Shown: piece by piece, positions 52,220 through 64,000 of the stretch
Layout: every line of letters starts with the position of its first letter
Position numbering within the stretch: position 1 is the first letter of the stretch
Assembly (NCBI GenBank): GCA_976551045.1
Contig: CDPCPM010000014.1
Coordinates: forward strand, 38,440,001 to 38,504,000
Source: Glaucostegus cemiculus
Taxonomy: Eukaryota
DNA length: 64,000 nucleotides
Direction: 5' to 3'
Position numbers and translations under genes: made by a program
Notes under the pieces: generated by a model
The model's database searches: none
Told to the model about the DNA's origin: nothing
What the model saw: the letters and a program-made list of their open reading frames with translations, nothing else

Positions 52220-52553
52220 TAGAGCAGTCTACCTAACCCGAGCCCAAGAGTACTTGACTATCTTTACTCAGCTATATATGTCGGAATTGGTTAAGTGTGA
52301 AAGAAATTGGAAGTCCTAGAACTCTGTTCCAATTGAGTCAGCTTGGCCCTTTATAAATAAATGCACTAAGGTTCAGTACTTAGCTTATAGCCTGGCTACC
52401 CAATCCAAGCCCAAGTGTTCAAGCCCAATGCTCATTGGGTTTGGGTCAGGAATCAAAGAAATCTTAATAGCTCAGGCTCACGCAAGGTTTGAATTGGCCA
52501 TGATTGGTCAAGGTTGAGTTGGGTTTTTAAGTTTATTTCTGTGTAGACCTTTA
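52220..52553. mobile_element. hAT-like MITE
   Basis: Imperfect termini tagagcagtctac and gtagaccttta; 8-bp flanking duplication atttgcaa (52212-52219) and atttccaa (52554-52561); internal cccgagccc and gggtttgggtc motifs. Confidence 0.6.
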
Positions 52554-53416
52554 ATTTCCAATATTATTCTTCCTGCACAATTGCAGTGGTTGAATGAATA
52601 AAGTAATGTGACATGTACAAACATCCAAGAAGATCACCTAATGATCTGTCAGTGGTGATGATTAATGGTATGAGGTTGTTTTCAGAGGAGATACTGTGAA
52701 ACCCACAAATATTTGACAACAGTAACCTGGTAGTGATGTGCTGATATATTAAAAAGCTATTAAGTTGCATTTTACACCTTCTCTCAATGTGTTGTTATGT
52801 ATAACTTGTGTCTGGTATAACTATCCTGTTGTAGGTAATAGCAGACAACGGTTCTCAGCCATGCAAATCTGCCCTATTAATTTTTGAATCCTACTGGAGC
52901 ATGTTCAAAGAACCTTTTGCCCAATTGCATGGCATTTCCATTTCAGCGACACTTTTTTTCTAAAGTTCCAATATTCGATACTCAATTTTGCTCCATTTCT
53001 GACTTTCATAAAAACACCTCTGATGTCACCGTGCCTGTTGGAACAAAACATTTGAGACAGCTTTATTTCTCAACCACATGATTTCTCAATGGGATGTGCA
53101 ACTTGCACCAAAAAAATTTGGTGTTAAATGTTCTAATGCCCTTTGTGGTTGTTGGATTGAAGCCCATTTAATGTGCCTGCATTGTCAGTGCAGTTGAGTT
53201 CTTTCAAAATCAACCACAGAAAAAGCAATTGCGCATCATTTGACACAGTATTAAAACTGCATGATGAATTTCAAAACAATTTGGCTGAATTGTGAACAAG
53301 ACAAATAAAACTACAGAAAAATAATATTGACTTTTTATTGATAGCAGTAATTTACAAAAGTTACTAGGCATATTCCTTTCTGGTTAAACTACTTAACCTT
53401 TTCTTATATGTTTTAG

Positions 53417-53809
53417 AAACATTTTACGCTCTGCTGCCTTGATGAGAATCAGTTGCAGTCCTCCCTCAGCTGTCAGCCGTCGATCTTCAGAGAGGACCAG
53501 AGAGTGGGCAGGGCAGCACTCTGTGATGATGGCCCTTCCTCCTGCGGCCCTTCCTCCTTCAGCTGCAATCGTAGGGGTGCGCCCCCCCCCCACTCCAGTT
53601 CTGAGAGCAGGTTGCACCTGCCTGATGACTGCCCCTCACTGGCAGGGATTGCTGACCTCCACAGACCCTCCATCATTCCCACCATTTTCCAGCTTCCCGA
53701 TGGCCACTGACCTCTTGAGCTGTGCCTGCATGTGCTGTTTCCTCCTTGTACTATCCCCTTGCTACATTTCTTTTACCTCTCTGCTGTCTTTCTCTGTCTC
53801 TTTCGGACA
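53417..53809 (+). other. Candidate exon of an unidentified transcript (coding status uncertain)
   Basis: Branch point cttaac, pyrimidine tract and TAG at 53414-53416; abrupt GC rise; donor-like CA|GTAAGG at 53810; 393 nt and open in one frame; no homology recognised. Confidence 0.25.
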
Positions 53810-54589
53810 GTAAGGTTTACTGTGTTGGGGGAGAGCAGGGCAGCACTCAGCACTAACGGCTCAGATAGTGTGGTTGAGGCTAAAACTGTGAAATCCACAA
53901 TTTCTGCAAAATCATAATTTAGGAAGGCCCTTACACTGCATCAGTGAAACAAGAGAAAAGACTCCTCATTACACTCTGACAGTGCACAGACACGCACATG
54001 CTTCCTTTGAGAATTGTATTGCATTATCAATCTCAATTCACATACCAACAGGGCTGTCAGTCAAGGTAAGTCTAACAATATTAAACAAACTGGGCAGGCA
54101 CTTTAGCAAAATGACCCTTCTAGACGTGCTTGGAAGGAAAAGGATTGCTAATTGGGTGGAAGTGTGTGCAAACATAGAGACTAACAGTGAAATCTAGTTA
54201 TTAGCCATGTAGTCTTCTGACACATCTGTTAATGCTCTAGACTTTTAACCCAGTAGTGGCCTTTTCCAATTCTCTCCCATTTTTTTCTGAAGGTAGTAAT
54301 TCATTCCCAATTTTGATGTCAGGACTGCTTGCTCCCATTCGAGCATCTGATTATTATGCTCAATCCTGGATGAATAATGAATGGCTATTCAATAAGAAAG
54401 GCATCACATTCAGTCCTAATCTTCCCAAATTGAATATGCTTGTACATTTCTTGCAGCCTTCCAGCAGTGACAACTTGGCTTAAAGATTATTTTCAGTTTA
54501 TGGTTTATCAAATTAGAGGCGATCAATAGAGAACCAGGGTTGCACTGCAGATTCGTCTATCACTGCATCCACTGTAACAGCAATGTCAT

Positions 54590-55120
54590 TAAAGGCTTTG
54601 GGCATGCCTTTGTCATGTTGGATGCAACCACTTCAGGTTGCCTGTGCTGCCTCGCACCTTTTTTTCTCGATAATTCCAACATTCGCAACTCTGCCCTCTG
54701 CCCCGTATATTCTGACCTTCTCACCCATCAGCCCTATCAAGCGCGCTTTTGCTCCCCTGACCACAGTGCACTAAATTTATGATTCTGCTTGTCATCTTTA
54801 AATCCCTTTGTGGACTCATTTCACCCTTCAGTGCTGTGATACTGTGCTTCACTAAACATTTGCCTTACTTATGGGACACCTCTCTCTTCATCCCACACGA
54901 GGTGGCTGTGCCCTCAGTCATCTGGCTCCTATTTCTTGGGATTTTCTTCCCTTATTGACTGAACATGTGTTTTTTTTTAATGCAGTCTTGAAACTCATCC
55001 CTGCAGCCAGCTTTCAACTACCTCTCCACATAAAATGGCTTTCTTGCCTTGTCTCTCCTTGATGTGAAGCACCTTGCAATGTCGGCTTTAGATATTAAAG
55101 GTGTTGCACATATTACGTCT
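54590..55120 (+). mobile_element. L2 LINE ORF2 C-terminus and 3' UTR, decayed
   Basis: Remnants HAFVMLD and LVIFKSLCGL, and the L2 tail tgtgaagcaccttg...attaaaggtg. Confidence 0.7.
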
Positions 55121-55122
55121 TT

Positions 55123-55517
55123 GCAGGCAGTCACTAGGGGTTGAGGGTGACTTGCCTCAATGCACTAACCTTTTTGGTTACTTGGCTGATGAGCCCAGTG
55201 TGGGATCTTTAAACTCTGCCTCAGTAGGTGATAGGAGCTGTTTGACAGGCAGTGGACGGTGCTGTCCTCCTGCCATTTTCACTGGGCGTCCATGTGCTCC
55301 TGATGCTTGGCGTGAGGTTCTCAGTGCCATCTTAGACCTCCTTCCCCAGTTTGGTTGGTCATGGGCCAGGGATTCCCACAGGCTGGTTGAGGATGTTACA
55401 TTTTCTCAAGGAGGCTTTGAGAATGTCATTGTAGTGTTTTGACTGTCCAGCTAGTAATTTGTTGCCATGGCGATACTTGGGGTAGAGAACTTGTTTCAAT
55501 GGTCTGGTATCAGGCAC
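55123..55517 (-). mobile_element. RTE LINE 3' fragment
   Basis: Minus strand PDTRPLKQVLYPKYRHGNKLLAGQSKHYNDILKASLRKCNI, and 3' end gcaagtcaccctcaacccctagtgactgcct similar to 8575-8612. Confidence 0.8.
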
Positions 55518-56769
55518 AAATCACACAAATTAAAGTTACTGTCTGCTGGCATCCATAGCCCCTTCAAGGCTTTTGTATTTTGGAATAAACACTTGCATTG
55601 TTAACAGGGATCAAATCACTTCCCCTTTCCTTCAATATATGGAGAGTTTTATGGGCTGGTTTGTGGCATGATCATTTCTCTGCAGGGAGTTGCAGGTTTC
55701 CCCACAGTAATTGATATTGGAACAACTGCAATTAATCAAATAGCAGAGCAGCAAGATGATTGCCAAGGTAAAACTCAGGAATCTAATATCTTGAGTGTTT
55801 CCTAATAATTAATTTTTTTTTGCAGTAGAAAGGAAAATTATTTCTACTTTGAGTTATTCACTTTAATGAAATGTAAATTATACTCTGTGAATCTTAACCT
55901 CATTTATGCAGAAGCTCTAACTTATGCCGGGCACAGTTTATATTTTACTTTAGAGTCAAATGAAAATTAGACACTTTTCTCCCTCCCTTTGCATTAGCTT
56001 CCCTGGGAATTATACATTAGACTAATGGTAATACATAACACTGAATGGAAGCATTTTCACTTCACTGTATATTGTTGGATGAAAGTTATTATCTGATTTT
56101 ACACTCCTTGTTGGAGTCTTGCCCAGTAGGAACACCAATTGGAAATCTGGGCATGTGTGGAGAATTCATTTCCGATCAAGTGTAGCAGGCTCAAATTTTC
56201 AATATATCTTCCTGTCAAGCAAGGATGCTGGGAACGCAAAGTTGGAGGATTATTCTATGAGCTGTTATGTGAGGGTCCGTCTTACTAGCTTACATAAAGC
56301 TGAGAGCCTCCTTGGATGTTGCTGGCTAGAATTGAAGACCATCCCATCTCATGGACACATCCTTGATACCATCCAAAACCCCGGCAACAGGGTACTTAGT
56401 AGATTATCAGGAACTTGTGCCACAGGTTGACTTACCCTGCAGACTGAATATATATGAAAAATTAATATAGGTAATTATCTGACAATCGATTGGTCTTAAA
56501 TCATTCACTTTGGAGAACTTGGGCAGGGTCAGTACAATTGCATTCTCCACTGACCCGCATACATGTTGTCCGTGCTCATGTGAAAAGTGGCAGCAGGGCA
56601 AGATAAGACTATGTGCCGGCATAAGTTGCTGGGTGCAGTAAAACAGAGCAGAGAACAGAGAGAATGCTGATGAGGAGAACATTATGGTTGCATTATTTTA
56701 GCAGCTGACTTTGAAGTGCCAATGAAAAGAGAGTAATCAAAAAAATGGTGCTGATCTATGGAGGGAATC

Positions 56770-57030
56770 ATTGGGAGAACAGCAAATAAGGGTTGCTCAA
56801 GAATTTATTTTTAAGGATAATTTTAAAACTGGAAGGTAGAAAGGTTTAAGGAGGGAATTCCAGTTTCAAATCCTATTGGAGGCCAGTGAAAAGAGACATA
56901 CACAGGAAGCCAGAGGTGAAGAAACTGCACGTGATTAAAGACCTGAAGGAGATCACACAGATTATTGGTGGGCTGTAAATATAAAATGAAAATTTTAAAA
57001 CCAAGGCATTGATGGATCTATGAAGATCAG
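56770..57030 (-). mobile_element. Decayed L2 3' fragment
   Basis: aggtttaaggagggaattccag...gaagccagag...gaaaattttaaaa, as at 215-490. Confidence 0.55.
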
Positions 57031-57714
57031 TCCGTATGGAAATGGCGTTGAAATGGAATCCAATATACGATAGGAAAACCTATATCCTAACACCCCACAA
57101 CTTGCATTTACAGCCCTCTTTGCTTTCAATATAACAGCACTTCATTCAATTGACATAACATAATGGGCACCAAAATTGTCCCATTATTAACCTGCCAGGA
57201 AGCTGAACAGCTTCCAACCCAAGTAATGAAATAAATTTGATAAAATTCACCTGAACACATTTGTGAATGTCACTCCAGAATGGTCTTCCTCACTGAGAGA
57301 TGATAGACTCTGTGCTGTGACAGATAGAATCCAAATTCATTCAGTTTCTGTGATAGAAATAGGACAAGTAGTTGGTCTGCATCATTTGCTGTATCCAGGG
57401 CTTGTAGACATGTCGCTCAGCTTTGTACTTCCCTGTGGTTTTACAAACAGACGCATTCCTTATCTGCAGCTTTAATTTGCAACTCCTGGAACTACTAACC
57501 AGTTTAATAGCCTCTATTTTGCCAATATTGTTGGGAGAGGTTTGTGATTCTTTCAGGCAACAGGAAACTTTATTTAGAAATATGGAAAAGTTTACCCATT
57601 TTGTAGAGCTGGGAAAGTTAAGTGCTAGGAAATATCTAATGTTTATTATCATGGTCATAAATTGTAAATGCAATGCCTTAACTGAAAACAAAAGGGTATG
57701 ATAGTGTGATGTTT

Positions 57715-58222
57715 AAGTTATCGAGCTAACAGACTGTTCTGGACAATTCATCCAGAGACAGGAGATTAAATCCCACCATGGAAACTAGGGAATTAAATTC
57801 AAGTAATTAAATAAATCTGGAATTTAAAAAAAGAAATGCTTGCCTTCTTTGTAGTGTCTATGAGGTTGTTGGATTGCTTTGAAAACCCTTTTGGTTCATT
57901 GATGTCATTTAGGGAAGGGAATCTGTCATCCTTGCGTAATTTGGACTATAGGTGACTCTCTTGAGGAATTTAAGATAGAGCGATATGTGGGAGGAAGGGG
58001 TTAGATAGTCTTAGGTGTGTTTGAAGAGCAACACAACATGGTGGGCCGAAGGGCCTGTATTGTGCTGTATTGTTCTATGGTTCTATAGTTTGGTTCTGTA
58101 GTTTAACCAATCAATGAGGTTGACTGCTACCTGCCTTCTCAGTTTGGAGGCAGTTAGGGATGGACAATAAATGCTGCCATTGCCGGTGACAGCCACATCC
58201 TCTGAATGAATAAATTTAAAAA
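57715..58222 (+). mobile_element. tRNA-derived SINE split by a CR1 insertion
   Basis: Collinear with 27950-28300 on both sides of 57961-58105; ends caataaatgctg...ccacatcc...gaatgaataaa. Confidence 0.75.
57961..58105 (+). mobile_element. CR1 (HER1-like) 3' end nested in a SINE
   Basis: acaacatggtgggccgaagggcctgtattgtgctgtattgttctatggttcta tail. Confidence 0.8.
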
Positions 58223-58649
58223 ATTATTCTACTATGAACAGGTAAACATTAGTCAATTCTGATATATCAAAATGCCCACAGCCACGGGAGTTCATTTTTA
58301 TTTGAACAATGATAGATTGAACAGTGATTTAGGATGTGGTTATTGAATATAAAAATTTCCAGAATTTCCAATGATTAATAAGATGGGATAAACTTTGATA
58401 GAATGGCTTAAAATTATTTCAGGTATCCAAATAGCAGTCAAGATTTCCAATTTTGTTAATGTATATCTGTGGCAGGATAAGACCTTTGCCTTTCTCAGAA
58501 ATGCATTCATGATTCTGCCATTTCCTGAAATTTGCATTTAATCCAAAGAATTCAAATAAAGTTTCAGAATAGTATAGTGCTGGCTATAAAACTTTTTATG
58601 TCGAAAAATGGCTCTTTTATGTGATGCAATCACAATTTTTGGTTGCATG

Positions 58650-58880
58650 GATGCAGTACCGTAGAGGATATGTTACTGAACAGGTCATCCAGAGGCTGGA
58701 CTAATAATCATGAAAATACCAAATCTCAACATGGAAGCTTGAGAATTTGAATTCAGTTTAAAAGGAACCTGGAAGTAAAAAAATGTCTTCAGTGGAAGTT
58801 GTCACAGAGCTGGTGAATTATTATAGAAATTGCAAGTGATTTATTTATGTCTTTACTTGGTTTGGCATAAAAATGGAGCA
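58650..58880 (+). mobile_element. Partial copy of the same tRNA-derived SINE family
   Basis: atgttactg...catccagaggctggactaataatc...gaatttgaattcag...ctggaa. Confidence 0.55.
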
Positions 58881-59219
58881 CAAGTTGACTCAAACTGCTG
58901 CAAGATATATTGCAGTGGTTTCGGAACCTCACCTCTCACCACCTTTTCAGCACAGCTAAGTGTAACTCAGCAACACCCCAGATAAATAACCACCTATGGA
59001 GCCAACAAAAGATTTCACAGGTTTTCCTTCCTATTGCCCACCATAGAGGTGACTCAGTTGTTGGCAGATAAGTCTCAGGATGTATTTTCTTCATTTGCAC
59101 ATACTTTTAACATATCTGGATTGGCAAACCTCTATGTTGGCTGTAAAATATTTAAACTAGTGCAATGCATTGATAGGGTAACTTTACGAAACACTAGCTC
59201 CACCACATTGGCTTCAGGC

Positions 59220-59378
59220 TTATTGCAGAAGAGATTCACCAAAGTGGTTCCAGGGTTGTGGACAGATGGAGAAGCTGAGTTTGTTTTACTTGAAATAAAG
59301 GAGGTTGTGATGGGATCAGGTGGAGGTATTTAAAACCATGAAGGGTATGGACAGAGTAGACAGAGGAAGGCTTTGTCA
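59220..59378 (+). mobile_element. CR1 ORF2 C-terminal fragment
   Basis: QKRFTKVVPGL...EKL...VEVFKTMKGMDRVDRGRL. Confidence 0.75.
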
Positions 59379-59379
59379 A

Positions 59380-59700
59380 ACATGTTGGGCTTAAAAATGG
59401 TCTTGAAGGAGAAGTGACAAGATTTAGGAATCAGGGTCCAGTCAACTGAAGCCTTAGTGGTGAGGCAAGAAGCCAGAGGAATGTGGGCTTTGTGAAGGGC
59501 TAATAACTAGAAATGGATATTTCAGAGAAGAGAGGTGAGGCCAGATCAGAGATATACAGATCAAAATTTGCATATTTAAATTCTTAAATGAAGCCAATGG
59601 TGTTCGAGGAGGCAGTGTAGATGCTGGAACACAGAGGTGATGGGTGAACAGACTTAGTCTGGGTATGACGTAGCAGCCACGTTTTGGATGAACGTGTATT
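59380..59700 (-). mobile_element. Decayed L2 fragment
   Basis: tcttgaaggag...caactgaag...gaagccagag...gtgatgggtgaac...gttttggatga. Confidence 0.55.
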
Positions 59701-59974
59701 GCTTCACCTGCAAAGTCTTCCAGCCACAGTGCTTTGTAGCAGTAATCAAGGCTTGCCACAGGCTTGCTCCATACTCTTAGGGCTCCACTTGTGACTTGGA
59801 TGCCATCAAAACTATGTAGATGGTGCTCAGTCCTGAAGATCCCCTGAAGTTGTGTCCACTAAAATTAATTACAGCATTGTGCTCTCTTCAGATATCCATT
59901 ATTGAAGGACTAAAATCTCTCATAATATCATTAGATGTTTTTTTCACAACTCTTGTGGACAAAGTTCACAAGCT

Positions 59975-60142
59975 CAAGGGAAGAGAAAAGGCCATTCAGT
60001 CCCCTTGAGGCCACTCTTCAATCATTTAGATCATGGTTGATCAGCATCTCCACTTCATTTACCAATTTTTCTATGATATCTCTTGGTATCATATCTACCA
60101 ATAGTAAATCTCCATTTTGAAACATTCATTTGGCTCAGCATG
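59975..60142 (-). mobile_element. CR1 3' end fragment
   Basis: aggccattcagtccccttgag...tagatcatggttgatc...ttttgaaacattca. Confidence 0.65.
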
Positions 60143-60779
60143 CACACATACTACTAAACTCCTCGAGTTTGGTTGTGAACATTCTTTAATACTCTTTAAC
60201 AGTACCAAATGTGCCAGTCTCTACAAAACAGGAATTCAGTCTGGGAGTTAGATGTTGTTGATATTAGCAAATACCTTGAGCTATGCTATGGTATTTTATG
60301 ACATTATCAGTAGAGGGCTATCTAATTACTACCTTGTAGCTTGCTGGTGGCCAATCAGTTTACATACACTTACAAACACTGATTATATATGTTTTATTAT
60401 TTCCTGTGGAAGTAAGATGACATGGAGATTAATACTTACCTTAGAGAGTGTTAAAGACTGTTACAGAAGGAATTTAGATGACATCAGGCTCTTGGGATTT
60501 ATAAAATCATCTAAGCTACTGATCAAGTTACGACCTTATGATCCTAGGCAGCTTTTCTTATTTCTAATATTTAACTTATTTTCCACTTAACATTTAAATA
60601 TGTATTTGACCTTCTCAATAGGAATGGCTCACATGGGGTCCAATCGAACAGGGAGGGTGAACTATGTAAACACAGAGCAAATGATTTTTTAAAATGAATA
60701 TAATATATATGGACATTTTAAAAACAAAGGCCAGTGCTGTCAGCAAACATCTGTTCTGACTAATCCTTGTAAGGTGTGA

Positions 60780-61060
60780 ATAGCATGGTTACAATTAGTC
60801 CTGGGTTAGGAAGGGGAAAATTGCCAATATTTCCTTCTCTGATTACCCTCAGGTGTGATCTGCTGGTAAAGAGAAGTTGTGTAAACATTGTGGAAGGATA
60901 GGATTAAGAACAAGATGGATGCGAAGGACAAGGACAAGCCTCTTTGGTGGAATATTCTTGCATAAAAGTATTGTTCACATGAACGGGGCAGGAGGATGAT
61001 GGGGTCCCAATGAATTGTACCTCAAGAACCTGACCAAAGAGTTCAGGCAAAGGAAATTAA
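60780..61060 (+). mobile_element. Old SINE-like remnant (unnamed family)
   Basis: cctgggttaggaaggggaaaatt...ctgctgg...aggataggat...cacatgaa pattern recalled from shark SINEs. Confidence 0.35.
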
Positions 61061-61654
61061 AATGGGACTGTTTGAGAAGCTGAAAAAGACTTGGAAGGAT
61101 TCACAATGAATCTGGACTTCAAATATTAATGCAGTTAAAAGTGTATAAAAACACCAAATTATGTAGTGTAGCTGAAAAAAATGTTGAGTGTGGAAATTAT
61201 GATGAATTTCTTGGAAATATTAAATCTTGACCATCTGCTTTAATCATGATTCTGGTTAAATTGAGCAGCCTTGTTGAGCTCATGCCTACTTTCTGCAGGA
61301 ATCTAAAAACATATTGTCCCTTAAAAATATGATGTTGGCCATTTATTTAATGAGTGAATGGACAGTCAATTTTGATGCAGGCAAATTGAAAATAAGGTGC
61401 TATACAGCACAAGTATGTTGTTTGAGACAACAGTGAGATCTGGGCTCTATATAGAAATAGAAAGGAGGAGCATACATTTGTTTTGTGCGTTTCACAACTC
61501 CAAGCTTCACAGCAATCAATAACTATTTTTAAGGACATTTTGACATAAACTACCTTACTGAGACCGTTTTATGAATCAAACTTTCAGGGACCAACAGGAT
61601 GGTGCATTTTTCAGATGTCCTTGACATCTGTCTAAAACAAATGTTAGGCCCCTA

Positions 61655-62070
61655 GCTTGACTGCTTTTGCTTGAATGGTAGCAGTCTTGAATCTGAATCA
61701 GAAGGTTGAAGTCCATCACTGAGACTTGCACACAGAGACCTCAGCTGATACAGATGGGCAATACTGAGGGATGTTGCATTGTTGGCAGTGCTCTGTTTTG
61801 AATCAGGCTTCACCTGCACTCTCAAGTGGATAGGAAAATGCTTGGGAATCTTGAAGAAGAACAGAATCCTGGCGAATATTTATCCCTTAGCTAGCAATGA
61901 TAAGAAGTTATCTAATGGTTAGTTCAATTCTGATTACGAGATCTTGCTGTGGGAAAAATGGCTGCCATGATTTCTACACCAGAGCAACAATTGAATTTCA
62001 GGTTATTTAATTGACCATAAATCATTTTGAAGCATTCTGAAGCTCTGAAAGGCTCCATCTAAACAAAAAT
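61655..62070 (+). mobile_element. Near full-length decayed DeuSINE-like element
   Basis: tRNA-like head (tctgaatcagaaggttg), gagacttg...atactgaggga, gaagaaga...cctggcgaatatttatccct, tcttgctgtg...aatggctgcc, and L2-type tail tgaaaggct. Confidence 0.7.
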
Positions 62071-62477
62071 TATTATTCTTAATTAAGGGAGGCACTCAAC
62101 GTTAAAATTCTGTTTTAACTGGATTATATGATCCTGTGGAGTGAAAAGAATAGGAGTGATGCTCTTTTCTTAGGGCTCATGATACCCTTATATCCTCCCA
62201 CCCTGCTAATAGTTGCCTTGGTCAGGAAATCTCCCCCACTTTGTGTGGGCTAACTCAGGAATAGCTGCTTTAGTTGAGGCAGAGAAGAGCCAGCGATCAG
62301 ATAGATGCCTTCCTTTTGAAAAGAGGAATACTGGAGAAAATCAGAGGGGTAAATCGGGACTGAAACCAATGTTGCAGAGAGTTAATTATATCGATACGAT
62401 TTGTGGAGGTCTGTATCTGGTTCTGAACAAACTGTCATATAACTAGACATGACACATTTGGAAAATAGGTGAGTAGA

Positions 62478-62625
62478 ATAAAACAGAAAATGCTGGAAAT
62501 ACTTAACAGGCTAGGTTTTGAAGAGGGAAACAGAGTTACCATTTCCGGTCAGTGATTGGTTTGAAATGTTAACTCCTTTTTCTTGTTCTGCGGATGACTA
62601 TTTCCGACATTTTCTGCTTTACTAT
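62478..62625. mobile_element. Fold-back pair of Penelope-like terminal repeats
   Basis: aaacagaaaatgctggaaata...gagttaccatttc pairs with gaaatgttaactc...tatttccgacattttctgcttt. Confidence 0.7.
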
Positions 62626-63715
62626 TTTGCTTCGGAGGCAAATAGAGTAGTTTATTCCTAGTTAAGCATCCTCCTAGCTTCACTGCTCAGTTCCCACTGT
62701 TTACAATATGTAGAGTGAATTCTCTGTTGCATCACCTCACTGAGCATCAAACCAAATAGGAAGTCCCTAGGTGTCCAGTACTGCATTAATAGCCAGCATC
62801 TCAGCATCACCTTACACTGGTGTGAAAGTACTGCTTCTCATCATTGTAAACTATTATACAGAGAATAAAAATTGACACGACTGCTGGAAGGCCCTCTGTG
62901 GATTCATTTTCAACGAGAGTGGCAGCTGTTTTTGGCCAGGCTTGAGAGTAAATGAAGGCAAACTGACTGTTATTTTGGTTAGAAAATGAAGTTTTGACTT
63001 GTTAAAACGAAAGATAATTACGTTTTCAATGACAACCATGGTCTGAGAAAACTGGGTCGCTGTTGACATTTTCCAAATCCCCCTCCTCTAGTTATGTTTT
63101 CTCAGTCGTAGCCTATAATTATGATTACGCTGTGGGTAAATTGTGTGGCCTGCTCCTGATTATACCTTTAGTTGAAGACCATCTGCTGGTGATGGAGACG
63201 TTTGGATGTTAGCCCTTCTGCAGGCAGTAATGCAGAAATGAAAGAAACTATTGGTGCAGGTAGTAAGCAGATGTATCCTATCAGCTTGTCTCAGTCCCCC
63301 CTTTCAATCTGCTGTCCTTGGCATGTCGATGGGCTGTGTGCTTGCAAGTCAGCTGGTTCCTGAGCATCAGCAATGATTCACTCTGGTCTTGGTCGTTTAA
63401 AAACACAGGAATGCACAGAGTCATGTGTTTTGCACTTCTGATGCTGAGAAATTTCTTGTCAAGACTTGAGCCTCTCTGAAAGGAGAGGAGAGAATGTTTT
63501 AATGAAATCCTGCTAAAACCTGAATAGCATAAGGATATATATGTCAAAGAATGAAGAAAGTGATTTTTTTTGTTGAGATTGGAACCTGTTTCAGCAGTAA
63601 TTGAAGCTCCATGCTTTGAAGTAGTTGCAAATAGATAGAGGACCGAACACTGCTGTATTTCCTGAAATAGATAAAATGTTTATAGACATGGATGCAGACA
63701 GTAATTGTACCTTCT

Positions 63716-63843
63716 GTCCTGATACCTTGACCTGCAACATCAACCATCCCTCTGCCTCCACAGATGCTGCTCGACCCACTGAGCTCCTCCAACAGCTTGT
63801 TTTCTGCTCTAGGTTTCAGCATCTGCAGTGCCTTTTGTCTCCA
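63716..63843 (+). mobile_element. Penelope-like terminal repeat fragment
   Basis: ctccacagatgctgctcgacccactgagctcctccaacag...cagcatctgcagt...tgtctcc. Confidence 0.7.
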
Positions 63844-64000
63844 ATGTACTTCCAGAGCTGCTGCACATGGTGACAGCTCAGTATAACCATTTTGTCTGCA
63901 GCTCCCTGCTTCCTCCATTGATTACTTCATGCCAAACTAGACCAGGAGTTATTGCTGACTGATGGCATCAAAACAGCTCACAAGAACAGGTCGATATAGT

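Noticed and set aside
56425-56470. Recursive splice site on the minus strand (ctgcagGgtaagt)
   Set aside because: An extra G separates AG and GT, and the pyrimidine tract is weak

Overview
Eukaryotic, AT-rich, CpG-depleted DNA whose repeat families look like those of a cartilaginous fish, probably a ray or sawfish (inferred from recalled family resemblance, not from a search). I cannot confidently recognise any protein-coding gene, tRNA, rRNA, miRNA or CRISPR array. The window reads as a large intron or gene desert. Most of the supplied ORFs are chance ORFs or decayed transposon frames. It contains a decayed RTE LINE of about 2.6 kb, many L2, CR1 and Rex1/Babar LINE fragments, several tRNA-derived SINE families, a Tigger-like and a hAT-like DNA-transposon derivative with terminal repeats and target-site duplications, and about 12 Penelope-like terminal repeats. 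The most interesting signals are five. (1) The Penelope-type repeats share a degenerate minimal hammerhead-ribozyme consensus and often form fold-back pairs. (2) A young 0.72-kb non-autonomous LINE derivative carries a GC-rich 23-bp minisatellite. (3) Two copies of one SINE have tails from different LINEs, and both putative donor tails occur in the window. (4) A cluster of strong splice signals lies at 53.4-54.1 kb. (5) Several repeat-free blocks resemble conserved non-coding elements. I see no convincing evidence of a wholly new biological system. Boundaries of decayed repeats are approximate.
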